Below are positions 14,301 to 24,800 of a stretch of DNA of 64,000 bases, piece by piece. The notes under the pieces are model-generated. The model worked only from the letters and a program-made list of their open reading frames with translations, had not been told where the DNA came from and did not search any database. Each line of letters starts with the position of its first letter. Positions within the stretch are counted from its first letter, which is position 1. This DNA is from Octopus sinensis. Lineage: Eukaryota. Made by a program: the position numbers and the translations under genes. Location: the NCBI RefSeq assembly GCF_006345805.1, contig NC_043018.1, positions 9,858,001 through 9,922,000 on the forward strand, in the 5' to 3' direction.

Positions 14301-17300
14301 TTCATAGAAATCAATTGTTGAGATGAAGTTTCTCTAAGTTTTTTCTCAGTTTATGAAACTTCACATCGATTGAGAATTCTTAATCGTTTCTAAGTTAATA
14401 AATCATTAACAATTGTGAATCAACTGATTAATAATTCTTAATCAATTGTGAATCAATCGTTTAATCATTCTTAATCAATTTTGAATCGATTGATTAATCA
14501 TTCTTAACCTTCTCAGATGTTAATAAATCATTAATCAATCATATATCAATTGATTTGTAATTCTCAATCAATTCTTTCTCAATTGCTAATGAAATTCTTA
14601 ACCAATTGATTAGCAAATTGTAATCAATCTTTAATCAGTTGTTAAATTGTTTATCAATTTTTGATCGAATGTTTTAATTGATTACCAATTTCTAAATCTG
14701 TCTGCATGAAAACATGATTTACTAATTTTTGAGAAAATGGTTTTTCATCAAAATTAATAATTACAGCAGTTTTTGATAACCCTAACAATGCCATCATACC
14801 AGTGTTGGGTGTTTTCATTTTTTTTTCATTATTTCTCAGTGAACAGTTTTGTCAAGAGAAATAGAGGTCGGAGGATATACATGAGACAACTAACGTACCA
14901 TTAAACAACAGTGGTCACTTTTTGACTCTCTCACATTATCATTGTTACTAAAGGAAACTGAGTGACTGGCTGGATGATCAGTGGACATGATCAGTGCTTG
15001 TTGGAAAGAAAAAGGGCTGTGTTGGTGTAGACATGCAATGTGAAGGGATTACTTGCAGTTGGGGATAAGGGGTATTATGCATTGTGTAGCCATGGTGAAG
15101 AAAGATTAAGAAGAGATGAGGTATGATCTGAAGGTGTTAGATGAAATAGCAAAAGACAATGAGAAGCCGTGATATGATGTCCAGCACACACATCGAACCA
15201 AATTATTATAGGACAGAAGAATAAATATTAAAATGGCAACAATGCTTCTCCAGACTTGGGGATCTAATTCAAGATGGTTTTGGGGTGGGATGCGAAGCAA
15301 GGAGGAACGAGTAGAAACAATTAATGAAAAAGAAAAAAAATTTGAAATGGGTTTAGAATTGTAGTTAAAATGGAATGAGCTCTTCTTCTAAGGACATCTC
15401 CCTCCTCACCCTCTCAGGATGGTGAGGGAGATGCGCTGAATGGTCACTCTGACTCACTTTTGCACTTGGGGATAACCATCTTCACTCTAGTAGCAGGGAG
15501 CAGGGATATGGCCCGGGGCTGAAGACGCCAGAGGTCTCCACTGTCACAGGCTTGACCCATGAGCCTGTCAGAGTGCAACTAATTCTTTGACCGTTTGCTT
15601 TTCTGAGCCTGACAAGCAGTGAAGCTTGGGCTGGCAGCTGACCATACCAAGTTGTTGGCTTAGATATAAGAGAAGCTTCCTACTGTGGAGGTGTGTGTGG
15701 GGAGGGGGTAGCATCTCATCCATGGGGACATGTAGGAAAATATGGAGATGAGGCAGTGAGAGATATTTAGAGTGTAGAGATTGGATATAAGATTGAAGAG
15801 GGTTAATAATGGTTAGGGATTAAGTTGGGATGGCAGTAGTGGAGGGTCGTGTCAATAACATGGAAGAAAATGCCATTGAAGCTGTTCCTTGTTTTTGTAA
15901 AAGTATTTCCGAACATTCTAGAAAGATCCACATGGAGCACTGGTGCTGGTGGGTTATAATTGTATGTCTAGTAAATGTATGTATGCATTGTGTGTATACA
16001 CATACATGTGTAATTGTTTAGAAATATATTAATTTTTTACAAGGGAAAACTTGAAAAGTGGTTTAGAAGTCTCTGTAAATCGTTTCCATATAAGAATTAG
16101 TATGGTACTCCTCTAAGAGCTATTGTCTGATCCTTTAAGTCAATGTCCAAATGTTTGTCTATATACCATTTACATAAAAACAATGTTCTATATATATATA
16201 TATATATATGCATGCTGTGTATAGTTAGTGTATGTGAAAGCACATGGCTTAGCAGTTAGAGCATCGGGTTTACAATCTGGAGGTAGTGAGTTTGATTCCT
16301 GAATCGGGCTGTGTGTTGTGTTCTTGAGCAAGACCCTTTATTTCACATTGCTCCAGTTCACTCAGCTACTGAAATGAGTTGTGACGTCACTGGTATCAAT
16401 CCGTATCGGCCCCTTTGCCTTCCGCTTGAATAACATCGGTGGCATGGAGAAGGGGAGCTGGTCTTCCATAAACTGCCTTGCTTGGACTTGTACCTTGAAG
16501 AGGGACTTTCTAGGTTCAATCCCATGGTCATTCCCATGGACTGAATTGAGTGGGTGGGGAGGTCCTTTATAGTTATGTATGCTTATGTTGTACTTAGTTG
16601 CCTATATATATGTGTATATATATATATATATATGTGCGTGTGTGTGTTGTATAGTTGCATATGTTCATGTTATGTACTGTTGTGTGTTTGTGTATATCTA
16701 TGTTGTGCATAGTTGCAAATATACATTATTCAGTGGTGGATGTGTGTAAATAGTTTAGTTGAATGTTGTGTAAGGTTTTTGTAGCCATGAATGGCCGTCA
16801 ACCGACATTCAAATTTAGCCCCAAATGTTACAAGTATTGATGGGGCGAGCATAGCAAATGTGTCGAGTTGAAAATTTGTGAACTTTGCCAACCCATTGTA
16901 CACAACCTGGACATCTATACACACATTATTTGTAGTGTTGGCTATAGAATCTGGATCCTTTTTTTTTTTTTTTTTTTTCCTTTTGCATTTGAAATTCTGT
17001 TTGTGTTTTTCCTTGATTTTTATAGTTTGACCGTTTCAATTTCAGCACCTGACATTCAGGTTTTATGAGTTGACATAAGGCTGTATGTATGTTTAATATG
17101 ATATAAAATATAATATATACAATATAAAATATATTTTATATAATATAAAATATATTTTATACAACAAGAATATTATATTTTGTATGAGTTGTTGTTTTAT
17201 GTGATACATTGATATTCTGAAATAATAATCTAATGATTTTATTTTCTTTTTTGTTATATAATAATAACGATAATAATAATAATAATAATAATAATAACGA

Positions 17301-20300
17301 TAATAAACCAATGAGCAGCTTATGATTTTAAATGTTAATGTTAAGGTTTTTAAAAAAATTTATTTTCTTTTAACATTTGTTGATTACGAAACATTTTAAT
17401 AATTGATCGCTAATGGAAAACATCCAAAAATTCTTCAAGAAAAATACAAAAAAAAAAAAAGAAGTTATTTTCGGATGCATTTTTTTTGTTAACATTTTCT
17501 TTTTGTTTCGTTTGTCTCATTAATAATTATTATGCTTAATCTAAATAATATAACATTAACAAATTTCCTCGAAATACATAAATGCCGCCTGTATTTTTCT
17601 CATGGGTGGTTTCACTGAAGTGAAATAAAGATTATAAGGATATTGATTGGAATCAAATGTTTGCCCCTGCAGCGAAAAACCGAACCAACACAGAACTCCG
17701 AGAGCAATTTGTGCTGGCAGACGGAGTGTCGCAGACCAGAGCAGCTTTCCGGTCTAAAACTCCTGATCCGACAATGTATAAAAAGCGAGGATCCGATGCA
17801 GGTAGTTAAAAAAAAATCACTGAGGGCAACAGTCTTGCATTCTATATTCCCTGCCGTTTCACTCTGCTCTGTAGATTGCATCCATTACTCATTTAACAAT
17901 TATATATTCTGAGGAATAAATTAACGAACCAATCATATTAAAGTATCTTTTTCACCTTCACATAGATGGAGCCACCACATGGTCACTAGATTGACTAGAA
18001 ATAGCAGCTGGATCTCACTCGTATCATGTTCTAGGGTAGTGGTTCTCAACCGGGGTCCATGGCGCCTCTACATGTTGAATATGCTACATGGTTACATTCG
18101 TGTTTTGCTTGTTTCAGTCATTAGACCGCGGCCATGCTGGGGCATTACTAGTCAACGGTATCAACTCCTGTATTTATTTTATCTTTTAAACCAGTCACTT
18201 GTACTATCGGTCTTTTTTGTCGGTCCGCTAGGTTACGGGGACATAAACACACACACAACAGGCTTCTTTCAGTTTCCATCTACCAAATCCATTCACAAGG
18301 CTTTAGTCAGCCCGAGGCTAGAGTAGAAGACACTTTGCCTAAGGTGTCACACAGTGGAACTGAACCTGGAACCACATAGTTGGGAAGCAAGCTTCTTAAC
18401 TACACAGCCATTCCTTCACCTATGTTTATTTCTGTAATTAACAGTCCACATGGTTATATTTGCATATAACACTACATGGCTGTAGCTGTTAACTAATGCT
18501 ACATGTTTGTATTATTTCAATTCGTTAGTTGACTAAAATGACTGCCAAAGAATTTAAAGAACTCTCTCTTGTGAGATCCTGCATGTGGTCAAACTGCTAG
18601 AAACTGCAGCCAAATATTTCTCAAACCACACCCTTATATCTTAAAAAGAAGAAGGATGCATTTGATAATGTAGCTGTAGATACACTGAGTGAAAAACAAA
18701 ATAAAAACGAAAAATATACCCCCCCCCCCCCACTGGATTGCCATGACTGAAACACCTACACCTGGAGCCTTGCTGTATCAGGGTTAACTTAGGGGGAGGG
18801 GGGGGGGGGTCAGGTATGCCAGGTGTCATCATCGTCATTTAAATTATCCTTTAATGTCTATTTTCCATGCTGGCATGGGTTGGACAGTTGTTTGGCCAGA
18901 GCAGCAGGTTCCAGTCTGATTTGACTTGGTCTCTACAGCTGGACACCCTTCCTAATGCCAGCCATTTTACAGTGTGGCCTGGGTGCTCTTTATGTGGCCT
19001 GGGTGCTCTTTATGTGGCACTGGCACAGAGCTCTTGAAGGCCAATCCTCTTCATCAGGAGATATGGTCTTAACACTTTCTGCTGTGGAGGTGGGGGGGGG
19101 GTCTTCTTGAGTACAGCAAGGGGCCTGGTATGTCAGTCTTTTGTCATCCTTCAGCACTTTGTCCCATGTCTTCAGGATCTCCCTCTTCTGTGAGAGATCG
19201 GCACTTCTGTATGGGGCTATCAGCATCCACCTGCATCACATGACCAAAGCAGCACATGCAGTTAATGGGAAAGGGTCCTTTAGTGTGGTACCTTCCTTTT
19301 TCTCGGGTGTAAAAAGATCCTGAAATTTGATTGGTTCTTCAATATTTTTTTTTTTTGGGGTGTGGGAAGAGAGTAAAATTTTTTCCTCATTATTATAATT
19401 GTTAAAAAACTTCCTTTTTACCTTCCCTTCTCTATTCTGTTGCAGCAAAACCCCTTTCAACAACCTTATCCTGGACACCAAACAGTTTCCCCTCCTTCTC
19501 CTTCCTTCACCTCTGTCCTCTAATGTTTTCCTTTTTTTTCTTTTTCTCTCTGGCAATTAGTGGTCTCCGGATTCCGCTTATTAATACAGAATTCTTCTTT
19601 GCTTTTTTAAAGATTTGCTTATTTCCAAAACCCTAGCAGCAACAGCAGCAGCATTCTGAAATGTAGGATGAAACCCAAACAAAATTATTGTCAAATACAA
19701 AAATATTAGCCTTTTTCTTTGTTTTGGTGGAAAAGAGAGAAAATCAATGTCTTGTTACTGTCTTCAATCAGCAAACAAGACATTCTTTCCCAAAGTTCCA
19801 AATCAAAAAAAGGAAAAAAAAATATTTATTTCTTGCTTGCTTTAAGCTTCTCCAAGATTCTTCTAGCAAATTGGAAATTTTGCACAACGCTTTTGGTTAT
19901 TTTAAAATTCTTTACTTTCTGAAGCTGGGTTCAAGTTCATTATTGAAATTTTATATTTGTGTATGAGTGTACATGCGTGCATGTAAATGTGTTTGTGTGT
20001 GCATATATATGCATACATTTGCATATAGGCATGCATTTGTGTACACATATACACACACATATATAATCTAAGTGCATATTATATGCACATATATATCTGT
20101 ATGTTCACACACACACACACATATATATATGCATATAATTATTTTTCTTGTGTTTATGATTTCAAGGTGACACATTTTGTCAATTCCTAAAATCCAAATA
20201 ATCACTCGACAGATTTCTTTTGTATTTCAACTTCAATTTACCAATTTTCTTTTTCCTTTTTTCATTGCTTTTTCCTTTTAGACTTTTCCTTTTAAATGTT

Positions 20301-21839
20301 TATCATAAATCTGAGAATTCCAAACGTATTCCTGTGGATCCAGGATATCCTTAACCTTCTCTTGTCACGGTTCTTTTTTAATGCATTACTTTTGTTTCAA
20401 AGAATTTTGATAATTTGTTCCAAACACCAGCTCAATAATGAGTTGTTTTACTAAATTCTTCATTATTAACATGGAATCTTGATGGAAGGATTTAGTTTGT
20501 ATCAGAACTAGGGGCAGTCTCGAGCAGATTGGTATCAATAGGGTTTAACTATTAAAAAAAAAACAATTACCAAAATTAACTTAGATCTCCTTCATAATTT
20601 CAGGTCAGCGATAACTGGAATTCCCTTCTAAAGGAATTCTAGTCATGGTCATTCTAGTTTCACTTGGGACCACGTTAGTTAATCAGTCTTTTTTTTTTTT
20701 TCAAGATGATTCTGTGGGATTTGAAGAAAATTTGGTTGCTATTTTTAGCAGGGCATGCTATCACAAAGACTCCTTTGTTAGTTCTCTGCCCTCAGGTGAT
20801 AATCACTTTCTAATTCCTAATAAACACAGGAAATCTGACAAAAAAGAATAAAGTCAAAATGTGAAAAATAGTTTTGTGGGAAAATGTTTCAAAAACCTGT
20901 CAAAAAACTACAATATTTGGGGTAAGGCAGCTTCAACCATTCTTCATTTTATAGTTGACTGGATTTTAAGTTCCATAAATATTTATTGGTTTTAGAATAG
21001 CATTTGAGGATTTTGACTGTTGGGTGTCCTACAGCTGCTGCAGTAGCAAGATGGTTTACATCTGTTGGTGGTACCTGCAAGTTGTACTACATCTGTTGTG
21101 GTAGTAGTCAACATGTCCTGTATCTGTTGATGTAGCTACATGTCCCACATCTTTTGTAGTTATAGTTGTCATCTAACTATTGTGGTAGCCCTTGTCTTAG
21201 ATCTGTTGTGATGGATCTAATTCTACATCTGTTGGGAGTGGGAGTAGTTAGTCAGTCTGTTGTGGTAGCGAATTCAGCTACATCTGTTGTTAACCAGTTG
21301 TCGTACATGTGTTCTTATAATGTTTATGCTTCAGGAATCTGCAATTCAATCATTGAAATTAAGTTTCAGAATTAATTAATGTGGGGGGGAAAAAATCACA
21401 GTAAATAGATTTAAGCAATCCTGAATATTATTAGAAAGACTGAGACGGCCATAGAAAACGAGAAATTGATTCAAGTTGAGATTGCAAAAATATACACATC
21501 ATACTCATATTTATACATACATATATCTACATTTTTCTATTTGTACGTGTGTATGAGTATACATACATGTATATTCATATATAAATGCACACATTTTATA
21601 TATGTGTGTGTGTGTGTGTGTGTATAGGCACGTAGCTAGGTGATTTGGTTGTTCGACTCATGATTGTAAGGTCACAAGTTCAATTCCTGGCAGCTCATTG
21701 TGTCCTTCAGCAAGTTCTTTCCTTTCAAGTTATATACATGTGTACACATATATATATATATATGTGTGTGTGTGTACATATACATATGTGTGTACATATA
21801 TATGTGTGTGTACACATATACATGTGTGTACACATATAC

Positions 21840-21872
<33 letters not shown>

Positions 21873-24800
21873 CATGTGTATATATATACATGTGTATATA
21901 TATACGTGTATATGTATATATATGTATATATACATGTGTATATGTATATGTATATATATGTATATATATATACATTTATATATATACATGTATATATATG
22001 TGTATATATATACATGTGTATATATATACATATATATACATGTGTATATGTATATATATATACATGTGTATATATATACATGTGTATATGTATATATATA
22101 CATGTGTATATATATACATGTGTATATATATACATGTGTATATGTATATATATATATATATACATATACACGTATATATACATATATATACATATACATA
22201 TACACGTATATATACGTGTATATGTATATGTATATATACGTGTATATATATGTATATATATATATATATATATACATATATATGTATACATATACACTCA
22301 TACATGTGAGTTTAGTTACGAGCTGAACATAGTGACCATCCAGACAGAATTGAGTTACCTTTCGAAACACAATATACCACAGAATTTTGATTAAGCTTCT
22401 TTCCTCTCACTCCAGTTTCAAATTTCCAATCAATAAATTCAGCTGATTTGAAAAACTAAAATCAGTTCAGGAGAATTAAACCAAATAACAAAAAGATGTA
22501 AAGAAACTGGAATTGTATATGAAAAAAAAGATAATTGTATATATAAAAGATAATACCAAAAAAAAAAAAAAAATCAATTTAAAAAGAAAGTCCTTCTCCT
22601 CTCCTCTGCTAAAGCAATTCAAGTTTGTGTGAAAATCTCATTTTGAATCATTTGAAACTTTAGGAAAACATCAGCTTTTGTCCATTTAATCAGGTTATCT
22701 TTACATGAAATATTCCCATAATTCCTCTCTCCGTTTCTCTTTTGTATTCAGTTACAGTTCAATAATCACTCTCACCTGTTCAGTAGTATTTTTGTCATCG
22801 TCATCATCATCATGTCATCATGTCATTGGTTTAATCTCCTCCCTTTTTCATGTTTGCATGGCTCAGATGAAATCTGCTGAGGCAGATTTTCCACATTTTG
22901 ACACTCCAATAATCACTCTCAACAGTTCTATATCGTAGCATTCGTCATCACCAGTTTAACGTCCACTTTTCCATGCCTGCATGGGTTAGATAGAATTCTT
23001 CAAGGCATATTTTCTGTCTGTACAGTACAATAATAATTGTCTTCAATACCTCTGTGCCATAGTATTTATCACCAATTCAAATTATTAATTTCAAATTTCG
23101 GCACAAGGCCAGTAATTTCGGGGGAGGGGGTAAGTTGATAACATTGACCCCAGTACTCAGCTGGTACTTACTTTATTGACCCCAAAAGGATGAAAGGCAA
23201 AGTAGACCTTGGCAGAATTTGAACTTAGAATGTAAGGACAGGTGAAATGCCGTTAAGCATTTCGTCTGGTGTGCAAACAATTCTGCCAACTCACTGCCTT
23301 ACCGATATAGATTATTGATTTCTTTCAACAATTCTCTGATTGTGGAGGCAACCTGTAAAAGAGGTAGGCCCAGGATGAGGTGGTGGAAGGCGATCTTCAA
23401 TTGTTGAGTCTCATGGAGGCGATGACTGAGCCTTTTGGTGATTTGCTGTGGTTGAAGAGGACAGGTCAAGCCAAGCAGAATTGTGGTTGTGACCAGTGAC
23501 ACATAAAAGGCACCTGTGCTGGTGACAATGTAAAAGACACCCAGTACACTCTTCGGAATGGTTGGCATCAGGAAGGGCATCCAGCCATAGAAACCATGCC
23601 AAAACAGACAACTGGAGCCTGGTGCAGCTCCAGTCAAACCGATTAAGCCATGCCAGCATGGAGGATGGATGTTAAATGATGAAGATCAATTCTGTAGCAT
23701 TTTTCTTCAGTGTAATCCACACTTATTGTTTTCAGCAGTTGTCTATGTTACTGGCTTCTTGGCTTTTAGTACTGTACTGCATGTGAGTTTGTCTTCCGTG
23801 CAGTAGAGTGTTGGGTGATTTAGTACACTAGTTCAGTACGTTAACGATTTCAACAGTGGTGTTGGTGCAATATACAATGGAACACAAAACCTCCCAAACT
23901 AGTTAAACCAGCTGAGTTTTATAATCAGGGGTTTTATAATTTAGCAGATGGCAGAGTTGAGTAATTTCAGGGTAAAAAAAATAAAAAAATTATAGTTATA
24001 GGGTCTTGCTCTGAAACAATTTTGGGATTTTAATTCTTAGCGAGAACTGAAGGATTAGGTTTTCAACCTTGATAGTGTCTCGGCTGAATGTCAGTGAAAG
24101 TCAAACAGTAATATTGTTTATTATTTTGCTTGGACAAAGTGATGTTAATTACCTGATGTTGGAACTCTGTATAGACAGACGGTAGAAAACGTCAGTCGAG
24201 TATAGAGCAATAATGAGAAATTAAATGAATGACACAGGAAGAAGAGATTATGTTGTGAACTTCATAGTTTAGTGCTTGTGCCTTTCTTTTATTGCATTAA
24301 ACCCTAGTATAAAGATATACAATTTTATCTTAATCTCTGTTTTTACTACAAACTCTGATAATTTCTCAACTCTCTCTCTCTATATATATATAGATAGATA
24401 GACACGTACACAGTTCCATTTTGTTAGCTTTTTCTGTCTCCTCCATGCAATGCAATGTTCTATAAAACCATTGTTCTTGAATTCTATTATTCTAGAACTT
24501 TATTCTTCTTTGCTTCATCATTGCTTCAAAAATGAAGTGCGATTCTATTTGGGAAAGCATTTATACATAAATCCAAGCTTCATTTCTGAAACTCTGGTGA
24601 AGCGATATGGTGATACATTGCATCTCATAGCAGAAACAGCTGTAAGCTAATGAAGTACATTCATTTCTTATTTCCTTGTCATTTATTTAATTTCTTTTAT
24701 TTATATATATATATTATATATATATATATATATTATATTCTGTTGTGTTTGTCTTTTTGTGCCTTTTAATTTAACACACTCACTGGTAAAATCTCCACTT

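Noticed and set aside
21645-22394. ORFs of 190-249 aa
   Set aside because: Translations of a TA/TG/CA microsatellite lacking stops.
23736-23806. Hydrophobic alternative terminal exon
   Set aside because: Only ~23 codons, no real transmembrane segment, no other support.
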